Shown one piece after another: positions 44,754 through 53,589 of a DNA stretch of 64,000 bases (position 1 is the first letter of the stretch; every line of letters starts with the position of its first letter). Both the position numbers and the translations under genes were made by a program. Source of the DNA: Candidatus Saccharimonadales bacterium (GTDB taxonomy: Bacteria > Chloroflexota > Limnocylindria > P2-11E); assembly GCA_035493615.1 (NCBI GenBank), contig DATJHW010000082.1, forward strand, positions 766-64,765, read 5' to 3'. The notes beneath the pieces are model-generated. The model saw nothing but the letters and a program-made list of their open reading frames with translations. It was not told the DNA's origin and made no database searches.

Positions 44754-44860
44754 GCCCGGCTCGCCCGTTCCGTCAGGTGCCGGACAGACAGGCACCCCCC
44801 CCGGTGCAAACCTGCATGTAGGGCTGTCATGAGGCAGCGTCATGACCGGGGGGGTTCGAC

Positions 44861-45556
44861 GTGGTGATCAGCTGGACGCGGCTGCTCGGCACCGCGCGGG
44901 TGACGATCCACACCCAGGACCAGACGCTGGCGGACTCCGTCGCACTCGGCCTGCGCGAGCACGCCCAGCTGTCGGTGGACCGCGGCATCCACCGCCGCGA
45001 GGTGACCGTCCCCCACGTCGTCCTCATCGACCTCGACGGCGCCCACTCCGTCGAGACCCTCCGCGCGTACACCCAGGGAGCGGCACCCGTCCCGACCATC
45101 GCGCTGACCCGGACGGCCGAGCTTCAGCCCCGGCTCGCCGCCTACGCGAACGGCGCCGACGATGTCATCGCGATCCCGGTCACCGGGGCGGAGCTCGCGG
45201 CGCGGATCCGGGCGCTGCTCCGGCGGTCGTACGGGACGCGCCTCTCGTTCGTGCCCACGGTCAAGGTCGGCGACCTCGAGATCGACGTCATGGAGAATCG
45301 CGTGCGCTGCGGCGCCACGGTCCCCGCGCTCACGAACACCGAGCAGGCGATCCTGTTCGTGCTCGCCTCGAATGCCGGTCACACGGTGAGCCGCGAGATG
45401 ATCCGCCGAAGCGTGTGGGGCGCCTCCAATGCCCCGCCCAGCAACATCGTCGATCGACACGTCCGCTCGCTGCGCTCGAAGCTCGGCGACTCGTGGCGCG
45501 CACCCCGATACATCGCGACCGTGCGCCAGGGCGGGTACCGGCTGGTGGCGGCATGA
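44861..45556 (+). CDS. OmpR/PhoB-type DNA-binding regulator with an atypical (probably phosphorylation-independent) receiver domain
   Basis: C-terminal winged helix (LTNTEQAILFVLASNAGHTVSREMI...IVDRHVRSLRSKL...IATVRQGGYRL). The receiver keeps VVLIDLDG but lacks the N-terminal acidic pair (VTIHTQDQ) and the conserved Lys (DVIAIPV instead of DYLxKP). Confidence 0.8.
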   Translation: MVISWTRLLGTARVTIHTQDQTLADSVALGLREHAQLSVDRGIHRREVTVPHVVLIDLDGAHSVETLRAYTQGAAPVPTIALTRTAELQPRLAAYANGADDVIAIPVTGAELAARIRALLRRSYGTRLSFVPTVKVGDLEIDVMENRVRCGATVPALTNTEQAILFVLASNAGHTVSREMIRRSVWGASNAPPSNIVDRHVRSLRSKLGDSWRAPRYIATVRQGGYRLVAA

Positions 45557-45843
45557 GCGGCGACCCGATGAAGCTGGTCAAGTTCGTCTGCGTCGCGACG
45601 AGCCACGCCGCCGGCCGGAGCGACTCCGCGCTCACGATCCACCAGGGGATGTGGGCGTTCTGTCCGGCGGGCGGCGATCAGCGGGATCACGACTGGCAGC
45701 CGAGCGATGGCCTGCCGCTCGCCGACGCGATGCGGTTCAGCCCGCGCGAGGTGCCCGAGCCGCCGCAGAGCGCGACACCTGGCTCGGCGAAGCCCGCGCC
45801 TCCTCGAGCCCCGTCGGCCCGAGGGCGAGCGCGACCGGGCTGA
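45553..45843 (+). CDS. Small Cys/His-motif protein, unknown family (96 aa), paralog of 45912..46130
   Basis: ATG 45553 forms an ATGA overlap with the regulator stop. KLVKFVCVATSH...LTIHQGMWAFC...HDW...SDGLPL core plus a Pro-rich tail. High GC3. Confidence 0.6.
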   Translation: MSGDPMKLVKFVCVATSHAAGRSDSALTIHQGMWAFCPAGGDQRDHDWQPSDGLPLADAMRFSPREVPEPPQSATPGSAKPAPPRAPSARGRARPG

Positions 45844-45911
45844 CCGGGCGTCATCCGACCGGTAGACGTTCGCCGGTCGCGTCGTACCCTCATCGATCGG
45901 GGAGGCGGGGC

Positions 45912-46130
45912 ATGGCTGGTCCGCTGATCGAGTTCATCTGCGTCGCCGCGGCACACAAGCCGCATCACAGTGGCGAGCACGCCAGCACCGTGACCGTGCA
46001 CGAGGGCCGTTGGGCGTACTGCGACTCACCGGCGGAAGCCGGCCACGAGTGGGTCACGAGCGGCGGCATCCCGCTCGAGCTGCTGCGACATCGCCTTCGA
46101 ACGCCAGACCAGGCGACCCGGTCCGCGTAG
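45912..46130 (+). CDS. Small Cys/His-motif protein, unknown family (72 aa), paralog of 45553..45843
   Basis: ATG 45912 behind SD GGGGAGG. PLIEFICVAAAH...VTVHEGRWAYC...HEW...SGGIPL shares the core pattern. Confidence 0.6.
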   Translation: MAGPLIEFICVAAAHKPHHSGEHASTVTVHEGRWAYCDSPAEAGHEWVTSGGIPLELLRHRLRTPDQATRSA

Positions 46131-46270
46131 CGGCCTGACCCCCCAGTGGCCCATTCGTGTCATTGCGGTAACGGAAGGGTCCGAAGCGCAACGGCTGAGC
46201 GACAGAACAGGCTGTTGCCCTCCCTGGGGCACGCCGGCTGCGGCCACCCTCCGCGGGCAGGGAGGATCCC

Positions 46271-46690
46271 TTGAAGAACGAGATCCGCGAGCGACGTGGG
46301 CTTCGTGAGCGCGTGCTCGTCGTCGAAGATGACGCCGACACGCGCCGGATGCTCGTGTCCGCGATCGCCGACGAGGGGTACGAGCCGATCCCGGCGCTGG
46401 ACGGCCAGCACGCTCTACGCACGGCACTTGCCGTCGAGCCGAGCGCGATCGTGCTCGACCTCATGCTTCCCGAAGCGAGCGGCGAAGAGTTCGCGCGTGC
46501 GTACCACGAGCAGAGCCGAGCGGATGCTCCGATCGTCGTCGTGAGCGCGAAGCACGATGCGGCGCGCATCGGGAAGGCGATCGGCGCGGCCGCGGTCCTG
46601 CCGAAGCCGCTCGACATCGCTGACTTCGTCCGGAAGCTGCGATCGACCATCCGCGCGAGCCACGCGAGCCATCGGGCGGCCCCCGCCTAG
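46271..46690 (+). CDS. Single-domain response regulator (receiver only)
   Basis: TTG start behind SD GGGAGGA. RVLVVEDDADTRR...AIVLDLMLPEASG...PIVVVSAK...LPKPL. Confidence 0.85.
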   Translation: MKNEIRERRGLRERVLVVEDDADTRRMLVSAIADEGYEPIPALDGQHALRTALAVEPSAIVLDLMLPEASGEEFARAYHEQSRADAPIVVVSAKHDAARIGKAIGAAAVLPKPLDIADFVRKLRSTIRASHASHRAAPA

Positions 46691-47508
46691 ATCGCGAGCT
46701 CCATTCCCTCACGCGCGACGATCACCTCGAGGCCCGGACCGGCTTCATCGGCGGAGTGCTGGGCCTCGATGCCGATCCGGTCGAGCGCGTCGTCGGTGCG
46801 GTCCGGATCGTGGTGATACAGGATCAACCGCTTCGCCTTCGCGCGCTTGGCCACGTCGAGCGCGGCGGCCACGGTGGAGTGGCCCCAGCCGGCCTTGAAG
46901 TCGCTATCGAGGAACTGGCCGTCGTGGATGAGCGCGTCCGCGTTCTTCGCCAGCTCGACGACCGGATTCACCTGCCCGCTGAACGGGTCTTCGGTATCGG
47001 TCGCGTAGACGAGCGACCGGCCGTCGGCCTCGATGCGGTAGGCGAGGGCGGGCGCCGGGTGGAAGATCGTCGCCGCGCTGACCTGATAGCCGCCCACGTT
47101 GCGCTTCGATCCGCTCTCGAACTCATGCACCTCGAGGTGGACCGGCAGGCCGTCGAGATCGACCGGAAAGAAGGGATCGTCCATCCCGAGCCCGAGGAGC
47201 TCCCTGAGTGGCCGGTGCTGGATCGGGCCGTAGAGCCGGAGCGTGCTCTTCGGGTCGAAGGCAGGCCGGAAGAACGGGATGCCCTGGATGTGATCCCAGT
47301 GCAGGTGCGACAGGAGAAGGTCAACGGTCAGCGGCGACGTGCCGTTGAGGTTCAGTCCGAGCTCGCGCAGGCCGGTGCCGGCGTCGAGCACCAGGAGGTG
47401 GCCCGCGACGTCGCGCACCTCGACGCAGGCCGTGTTCCCGCCGTAGCGGACGGTGCGCTGGCCCGGCGTCGGGATCGAGCCGCGGGTCCCCCAGAACCGG
47501 ACCTTCAC
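46687..47508 (-). CDS. MBL-fold metallo-hydrolase (paralog of the hydrolase domain of 36467..37786)
   Basis: MKVRFWGTRGSIPTPGQRTVRYGGNTACVEV...LLSHLHWDHIQGIPFF (HxHxDH)...LILYHHDPDR. 4-nt overlap with the upstream HD-GYP gene. Confidence 0.85.
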   Translation of the reverse strand: MKVRFWGTRGSIPTPGQRTVRYGGNTACVEVRDVAGHLLVLDAGTGLRELGLNLNGTSPLTVDLLLSHLHWDHIQGIPFFRPAFDPKSTLRLYGPIQHRPLRELLGLGMDDPFFPVDLDGLPVHLEVHEFESGSKRNVGGYQVSAATIFHPAPALAYRIEADGRSLVYATDTEDPFSGQVNPVVELAKNADALIHDGQFLDSDFKAGWGHSTVAAALDVAKRAKAKRLILYHHDPDRTDDALDRIGIEAQHSADEAGPGLEVIVAREGMELAI

Positions 47509-48818
47509 GATCGCGCCGCCGGCACCTTGCGCGGTTTGCGATCGCGTTCGGACAGGCCGCCGCTCGCGGCTTCGGCGAGGCTGCCCATCCCTTCGTCTCC
47601 GGCCTTCGGCCAGGTGCCCTTCAGCTCGTCGACCGTTCGCTCGAGCTCGGGCAGCGCGCGATGGACGGCGGCCACGACCGCGGGGTCGAGGTGGTCGCCG
47701 GCCATCCCGTCCATGAGCTCGAGCGTGCGCTCGATCGAGTAGGCCGGCTTGTAGTAGCGGGGCGCGGTGAGGGCGTCGAACACGTCCGCCGCGGCGACGA
47801 TGCGCGCGCCGACGAGGATCTCCCCACCGCGCAGGCCCTTCGGATAGCCCGTGCCGTCCATCCGCTCGTGGTGCTGGGCCGCGATCTCGGGGACCTCGCG
47901 CATGTCGGACGGGAAGTCGAGGTAGCCGAGGAACTCCGCCGTCTTCTCCGCGTGAGCCTTCATGTACGCGAACTCCGCGTCGTCCAGCTTGCCCGGCTTC
48001 TGGAGGAAGCGGTCGCGCACCGCGATCTTCCCGTAATCGTGGAGCAGCGCCGCGGCCTGCAGGCGCTCCAGCTCCTCGACGGAGAGTCCCGCCTCGACGC
48101 CGATGACCGCCGCGTAGCGCGTCACGCGCTTGCTGTGGCCGGCGGTCTGCTGATCCCGGGCGTCCACGGTCGTGGCGAGCGTCTCGATGAGCGACAGCCA
48201 GAGGCGCTTCTGCGCCGTCACGAGCTGCGCGTTCTCCACCGCGACCGCGGCCGACGACGCGAGCGCGCGGAGCGTCGTCTCGTCCTCGGTCGTGAAGCTG
48301 CCGTCCGTCTTGTTGACCGCCTGGAAGACGCCGATGACCGCGCCGTCGTGGTCGGTCATCGCGAGGGTCAGCAGGTTGCGCGTCCGGAAGCCCGTGCGCT
48401 TGTCGCTCTCGTCGTTGAACCGCGGATCCGCGTACGCGTCGGGGATGTTGATCGTCTCGCCGGTCTGCGCGACGGTGCCGGCGATACCAACGCCGATCGG
48501 GAACCGCAGCTCTCCCACGCCGCTGCCCGTGGCCACCCGCGACCAGAGCTCCTGACGGTCCCGGTCGACGATGTAGATCGTCGCGCGCTCAGAGCCGACC
48601 ATCGTCACCGTCGCCTCGGCGATGAGCCGCAGAAGCGCGTCGAGGTTGGTCACGGTCATGAGCCGCCGGGTGACGTCGAGCAACATGTCGAGATCGCGCC
48701 GGCCGGCGCCGCGACGCCGCTCGGCCGCGCGCCGTTCGCGGGACTCCTCGCTTCGCCGGTCCATCCGATCGGGACTGCGGCGCTCGCCGATCCGCCGCTC
48801 GAACGGCTGCCGGCTCAC
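47505..48818 (-). CDS. GAF (NKFDE-type) plus HD-GYP domain phosphodiesterase
   Basis: GAF with AVNKTDGSFTTEDE. HD-GYP: LLHDYGKIAV...QHHERMDGTGYPKGL. Confidence 0.85.
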   Translation of the reverse strand: MSRQPFERRIGERRSPDRMDRRSEESRERRAAERRRGAGRRDLDMLLDVTRRLMTVTNLDALLRLIAEATVTMVGSERATIYIVDRDRQELWSRVATGSGVGELRFPIGVGIAGTVAQTGETINIPDAYADPRFNDESDKRTGFRTRNLLTLAMTDHDGAVIGVFQAVNKTDGSFTTEDETTLRALASSAAVAVENAQLVTAQKRLWLSLIETLATTVDARDQQTAGHSKRVTRYAAVIGVEAGLSVEELERLQAAALLHDYGKIAVRDRFLQKPGKLDDAEFAYMKAHAEKTAEFLGYLDFPSDMREVPEIAAQHHERMDGTGYPKGLRGGEILVGARIVAAADVFDALTAPRYYKPAYSIERTLELMDGMAGDHLDPAVVAAVHRALPELERTVDELKGTWPKAGDEGMGSLAEAASGGLSERDRKPRKVPAARS

Positions 48819-49312
48819 GACGCCTCCAACGGGATCTGGGCCAGCACCGGGCTCACGCTCTCAGCGATCCGCTCGAGGAGCATCTGGTCGCGCCGCTCGA
48901 ACGGGCCGCTGCGCTTGTTCAGCACCTGCAGCACCCCGATCACCGACCGGCCGGCCTGATCCCACACCGGGACGACCAGCATGTTCAGCGTCCGGTAGCC
49001 GCTGCGCAGGTCGACGTTCCGGTCGAAGCGCGGATCGGCATAGGCGTCCGGCACGTTGATCGTCTCGCCGGTCATGGCGGCCTGACCCGCGATACCGGTG
49101 CCGAGGGGCAAGCGGATCTCGAGCGCCGTCCGGGACGCGATCCGTGACCACAGCTCCTGTTTCGCCTGGTCGACGAAATACACCGTGCAGCGTTCGGCAT
49201 CGCAGGCCTGCGCGCAGAGGTCGATGAGCCCGCGGAGATAGGCCTCGCGGTCGCGCTGCACCGCGAGATGGGTCAGCTTCATGAGCACGAACGCGACCTT
49301 GTCGTCGATCAT
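48815..49312 (-). CDS. Stand-alone GAF domain protein (NKFDE-like motif)
   Basis: 165 aa. LPLGTGIAGQAAMTGETINVPDAYADPRF...VLNKRSGPFERRDQ. 4-nt overlap with the downstream gene. Confidence 0.8.
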   Translation of the reverse strand: MIDDKVAFVLMKLTHLAVQRDREAYLRGLIDLCAQACDAERCTVYFVDQAKQELWSRIASRTALEIRLPLGTGIAGQAAMTGETINVPDAYADPRFDRNVDLRSGYRTLNMLVVPVWDQAGRSVIGVLQVLNKRSGPFERRDQMLLERIAESVSPVLAQIPLEAS

Positions 49313-49324
49313 CGCCGGACCAAC

Positions 49325-51325
49325 CTAGTGATACCCCGCGACGGCGGCGGCGCCGATCGGGCGCTCCGGCGCGGGTGCGGGATTCGGGCTCGCGATGGAT
49401 CCGAGGCTGTTCACCTGGTAGCACCGTACCGGCTCTGCCCGACCCCTGACCTGAACCGCGCCGAGGTCGACCGCGACGACGTCGGCGCCGAGCTCGGCGA
49501 GGGTCTCCGCGCTGACCGCGACCTGGTCACGCCGCGCGATGTCGTTCGACGTGAGTCGAGACGCGACGTTCGCCGTGTCGCCGATCACCGTGTACTCCAT
49601 GCGGCCGAGCGCGCCGAGAAAGCCCGCGACGACCGGGCCGGTGTTGATGCCGAAGCCGAACGAGACGTCCGGACCCCCGGTGCCGCGCTCGCCGACGATC
49701 CAGCGCTGGATCTCGAGCGCCGCCTGCACCGCCTTGCGCGCCGGGTCCGCGACGGGGAGCGGCGCGCCCCAGATCACCATGATGTTGTCACCGTTGAATT
49801 TGTTCACGGTGCCTTCGTAGCGGTTGACGATGTCCACGATCCCTTCGAAATAACGATTCAGCGTGTCGAGCAGTACGCCGGGCGTCATCCCTTCGCTCAA
49901 TCCGGTGAAGCCGCGGATGTCACCGAACAGTACGGTGACCCGCTTCTCCTCACCGCCCAGGGCGAGCTTCCCGCTCTCTTCGATGTCCATGATCGTGCGC
50001 GCGATCGACGGCGTGACGAACCGGCCGAACGTCGTCTGCGTGCGCGCGACGGCGCGCTGCTCCTCGACCAGCAGATAGCCGAGCGCGACCACCCACCAGA
50101 ACGCCGTCGGGACGAGATAGCCAAAGGACGCGACCGCGATCGGGCCTTGTCCGACCGGGCCGTCCGTCGCCACGGAGAAGAACAGGTATCGCGCATAGCC
50201 GTAGGTCACGAGGGCGGCCAGCGCGGCGAGGAAGCCATAGAGCCGGAACGCGGCGACGAGCAGGATCCCGCCGAACGTCGCGATGACGAGCTCCACGAGC
50301 GTGACCGGGAAGCTCTCGCGGGTCTCCGGGTAGCGGTTCGTGAAGATCGAGGCGGCGGTGTTCGCCCAGATCTCGACACCCCACATCTTGAGCGCGCCGC
50401 TGTTCGGCACCGGATAGTTGTCGGGTACCGCGGAGAGCGTGTGCGCGCCGATGAGGATCGTGCGGTTCGCGATGAGGTCGCGCGACACCGTGCCCGCGAT
50501 GAGGTCGGCCAGCGAGATCACGCAGAACCTGCCCGGGTCCGCGCAGGGCGCGCTGCCCTGCGTCGCGGTGAGGTCTTGCGAGGGCAGGGCGGCGTAGTAG
50601 ATCGGCATGTGGCCGCTCCGATCGATGGGCATCACGCGGTCCGCGGTGCCTGCGCGTCCGGGCAGCACCAGCGTGTCGCCGCGCCGCTCGAGCGTGGTCT
50701 CGTCCCCGGCGACCTGCTTGCCGGCGGCCAGGGAGCGCGCGGTCGCGACGAGGGACAGCGAGTAGTAGCGGCCGCTCGGCGTGTCGATCGCGAGCTCGGC
50801 CCTGCGGACGCGGCCGTCCTCGTCGGGGCGGACGTTCACCGAGCCGACGCCGGCGGCTGCCTGTCGCAACATCGGGATCGGAAGCTGCTCGGCGCTGTAC
50901 CGGACGGCGCCGTCACCGTCGATGTGCGAGCCGGCGCCCTCCATCGCGAGGATGACGTTCCCCGAGTCCTTGATCGCGGACGCGAGCGCCCGATCCTGGT
51001 CCGGATTCGGCGACTCGTCGTAGAACCCGATGTCGAACGCGACGACCCGGGGGTCCAGCGGCCTCAACGCCGCGAGCAGATCCACCCACGCCTGGCGCGG
51101 GAGCGGGTAGGTGCCGTATCGGCGGACGGCCTGGTCGTCGAGCGCGATCACCGTCACCTGGTTCGAGAGCTTGCCTGGCGCGTAGGTGATGAACGTGTCG
51201 TACGTGACCGCCTGCAGGGTCGAGTCGAGGAGATGCGAGTCGAACGCGAGCGCGCCGAGGAGGATGCCGAGGGCCGCGAGGGCGGCGAGGATGACGCGCT
51301 GGCGCTGAAGCCGCTTCGAGAGCAC
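49325..51325 (-). CDS. CHASE2-sensor class III nucleotidyl cyclase (adenylate-cyclase-like Lys/Thr specificity pair)
   Basis: N-terminal CHASE2 (VTVIALDDQAVRRYGTYPLPR...VVAFDIGF), TM helices, and a catalytic domain VTVLFGDIRGFTGLSE...VNKFNGDNIMVIWG...EYTVIGDTANVASRL. Confidence 0.85.
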   Translation of the reverse strand: MLSKRLQRQRVILAALAALGILLGALAFDSHLLDSTLQAVTYDTFITYAPGKLSNQVTVIALDDQAVRRYGTYPLPRQAWVDLLAALRPLDPRVVAFDIGFYDESPNPDQDRALASAIKDSGNVILAMEGAGSHIDGDGAVRYSAEQLPIPMLRQAAAGVGSVNVRPDEDGRVRRAELAIDTPSGRYYSLSLVATARSLAAGKQVAGDETTLERRGDTLVLPGRAGTADRVMPIDRSGHMPIYYAALPSQDLTATQGSAPCADPGRFCVISLADLIAGTVSRDLIANRTILIGAHTLSAVPDNYPVPNSGALKMWGVEIWANTAASIFTNRYPETRESFPVTLVELVIATFGGILLVAAFRLYGFLAALAALVTYGYARYLFFSVATDGPVGQGPIAVASFGYLVPTAFWWVVALGYLLVEEQRAVARTQTTFGRFVTPSIARTIMDIEESGKLALGGEEKRVTVLFGDIRGFTGLSEGMTPGVLLDTLNRYFEGIVDIVNRYEGTVNKFNGDNIMVIWGAPLPVADPARKAVQAALEIQRWIVGERGTGGPDVSFGFGINTGPVVAGFLGALGRMEYTVIGDTANVASRLTSNDIARRDQVAVSAETLAELGADVVAVDLGAVQVRGRAEPVRCYQVNSLGSIASPNPAPAPERPIGAAAVAGYH

Positions 51326-51376
51326 CCCGTCCCCCTTCGGCCCGAGCCTCGTCGGAGGCGCTCCGGCGCGGTCATG

Positions 51377-52432
51377 CTAGCGGCTGGCCGCCCTCCGGAG
51401 CACGTCTTTCAGCACCGCGATCGAACGACCGTAATCGGCGAGCGCGAGCCGCTCGATCGGCGTGTGGTCGTAGCGCGCATCGCCCGGGCCATACGCGACC
51501 ATCGGACACGCCCACGCCGGGAGCAGCACGTTCATGTCGCTCGTGCCGGTCTTCTCCTTGAACGCCGCGTGGCCGCCGATGCCCGCGATCGCGCGCACGA
51601 ACGAGCTCGCGACCGGCGTCGTGCGCGAGACTCGCGCCGGCTCTTCCGAGGCGATCCGCTCGATCGTGACCTCGGCGTCGCCGTCGTGCTGCTCGGCGGC
51701 CGCCCGCGCCGCCGCCTCGAGCGCATCCGTCGACGTCCCAGAGGGCACTCGGTACCCGACGCGCAGGTCCGCGCGCTCGACGAGGCCATCCCCGGCCGCA
51801 GAGCGCATCCCCTCGAGCCGGCAATCGAGCCGCGGGGTGGTCGCGGCGTCCTCCCGCATCCGCGCCCAGAGCGCGAGGGCCTCCTCGGCGATCGTCGGCC
51901 CGGGTGACGCCCCGTGCCGCGCATCGCGCGAGAGCGACACGCCGAGGACGAGCCGGCCCTTGTACGCCACGGTCACGCCGTCCCAACCCGACGGCTCGCC
52001 GATGACGCACCAGTCCGGCGCGGCGAGCGTCGCGCGGAAGCGCGCGCCCTTGCTCGTCGGCGACTCCTCCTCCACCGCGCCCACGACCGTCACGCGCACG
52101 CCGGGGATGGGCACCGTGGCAGCCGCGACGAACGCGGCGAGCGGGCCCTTCGCGTCGACGGCGCCGCGGCCGATCAGCTCGCCGTCCTCGACGCGCACCG
52201 GGATCTCGCCCGGCACGGTGTCGATGTGCCCGAGCAGCACGACGTGCACGGGGCCGTCGCCGATCTCACCGACCGCGTTCCCCACCGCGTCGACGGACGC
52301 GCGGAATCCGCGCTCGGCCATCCGCGCCACGAGCCATTCCACCGCGTCGCTTTCCTGACGCGAGACCGACGGGATCGCGACCAGCCCGCCGACCAGGGCA
52401 ACGTCATCGGGTGCGAGCTCGACCTCGTTCAC
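51377..52432 (-). CDS. lysK: [LysW]-lysine/ornithine hydrolase (M20 deacylase, LysK)
   Basis: ArgE/LysK-like M20 protein ([10 protein letters not shown]...GRGAVDAKG). GTGA overlap with lysJ. Last gene of the lysW cluster. Confidence 0.8.
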   Translation of the reverse strand: MNEVELAPDDVALVGGLVAIPSVSRQESDAVEWLVARMAERGFRASVDAVGNAVGEIGDGPVHVVLLGHIDTVPGEIPVRVEDGELIGRGAVDAKGPLAAFVAAATVPIPGVRVTVVGAVEEESPTSKGARFRATLAAPDWCVIGEPSGWDGVTVAYKGRLVLGVSLSRDARHGASPGPTIAEEALALWARMREDAATTPRLDCRLEGMRSAAGDGLVERADLRVGYRVPSGTSTDALEAAARAAAEQHDGDAEVTIERIASEEPARVSRTTPVASSFVRAIAGIGGHAAFKEKTGTSDMNVLLPAWACPMVAYGPGDARYDHTPIERLALADYGRSIAVLKDVLRRAASR

Positions 52433-53589
52433 TCCGCGAGCGCGGCGCGGGTCGCGTCGATCACGGCGTCGATCTGCGCGGCGGAGATCACGAGCGGCGG
52501 GAGGTATCGCACCACCGTCGGGCCTGCGCCGAGCGCCAGTACGCCGTTCTCTTGCAGCCTCTTGAGGGTCGGGCCGGCGTTCTCCTTGAGCTCGACGCCC
52601 TGGATCAGCCCGAGGCCGCGGACCTCACGGATCTTCGGCGACTCGATCGAGACCAGGCCGTCGTGCAGCTGGCGGCCCCGCTCGGCCGCGGCGGCGGCGA
52701 GACCGAGCCGCAGGTGCTCGTCGATGGTGGCGACCGCCGCCGCGCAGGCGAGCGGGTTCCCGCCGAAGGTCGTGGAGTGCGACCGCTTCGGCAGCTCGCC
52801 GAGGGCGCGCGAGAACGCGATCGCACCCATCGGGATGCCGCCCGCGATCGACTTCGCGAGGCAGAGCATGTCCGGCACGATCCCGAACTGCTCGATCGCG
52901 AACATCGTCCCCGTTCGGCCGAAGCCCGTCTGCACCTCGTCCACGACGAGCAGCACGCCGCGCTCGCGGCAGAGTCGCGCGGCCTCGGTCACGAACTCGC
53001 GCGTCGCCGGCCGCACGCCACCCTCACCCTGCACGAGCTCCACGATGAACGCCGAGGTCTCGTCCGTGATCGCGCCGTCGAGCGCCTCGATCTTGTTGAA
53101 CGGGATGTGGCTGAACCCCTCGAGCAGCGGGCCGAACAGCTCGCGGTACTCGGGCCCCCAGGTCGCCGAGAGCGCGCCCATCGTCTTGCCGTGGAAGCCG
53201 CGCATCGTCGCGACCACCTTCGTGCGCTTCGTCGCGAGGCGCGCGAACTTCAGCGCGCCCTCGACCGCCTCGGTGCCGCTGTTGCAGAGGAAGACGCGGT
53301 CGAGTGCCGGGGGCAGGATCCGGGCGAGCCGGTCGTACAGGTCGGCGCGGCGGTCGTTGTAGAAGAGCTCGGTGCAGAACGACAGCGTCCGGGCCTGCGC
53401 CGCGAGCGCGTCCGCGACGGCGGCGTTCGCGTGCCCAAGATTCCCGGAGCCCTGGCCGCCGACGCAGTCGATGAACTGGTGGCCGGCGTCGTCCCACACG
53501 AGCGCGCCGTCACCCCGCACGAGCGCGACGTCGCGCTTCTGGTAGAGGCCCGAGGTGTGCGCGGCCTCCCGGCGGATCGTGTCAGCCAT
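52429..53589 (-). CDS. lysJ: [LysW]-aminoadipate semialdehyde / acetylornithine-type class III aminotransferase (LysJ); alternative GTG start at 53607
   Basis: Class III aminotransferase ([15 protein letters not shown]...[13 protein letters not shown]...). ATG 53589 overlaps the lysZ stop by 8 nt. Confidence 0.85.
   Translation of the reverse strand: MADTIRREAAHTSGLYQKRDVALVRGDGALVWDDAGHQFIDCVGGQGSGNLGHANAAVADALAAQARTLSFCTELFYNDRRADLYDRLARILPPALDRVFLCNSGTEAVEGALKFARLATKRTKVVATMRGFHGKTMGALSATWGPEYRELFGPLLEGFSHIPFNKIEALDGAITDETSAFIVELVQGEGGVRPATREFVTEAARLCRERGVLLVVDEVQTGFGRTGTMFAIEQFGIVPDMLCLAKSIAGGIPMGAIAFSRALGELPKRSHSTTFGGNPLACAAAVATIDEHLRLGLAAAAAERGRQLHDGLVSIESPKIREVRGLGLIQGVELKENAGPTLKRLQENGVLALGAGPTVVRYLPPLVISAAQIDAVIDATRAALAE

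Noticed and set aside
42896-46700. A classical tRNA-integrated genomic island (integrase plus att repeats)
   Set aside because: The accessory-looking genes lie on the 5' side of tRNA-Leu, not the 3' side. No integrase or recombinase is present, and I noticed no duplication of the tRNA 3' end. Only the LAGLIDADG gene shows foreign codon usage.
46687-51325. Interpreting the cyclase operon as a Pycsar/CBASS-like antiphage defence system
   Set aside because: The cyclase has a CHASE2 extracytoplasmic sensor and a Lys/Thr (adenylate-type) specificity pair. No TIR, patatin, nuclease or cNMP-gated pore effector is present. The downstream readers are GAF/HD-GYP signalling domains, so housekeeping-type second-messenger signalling fits better.
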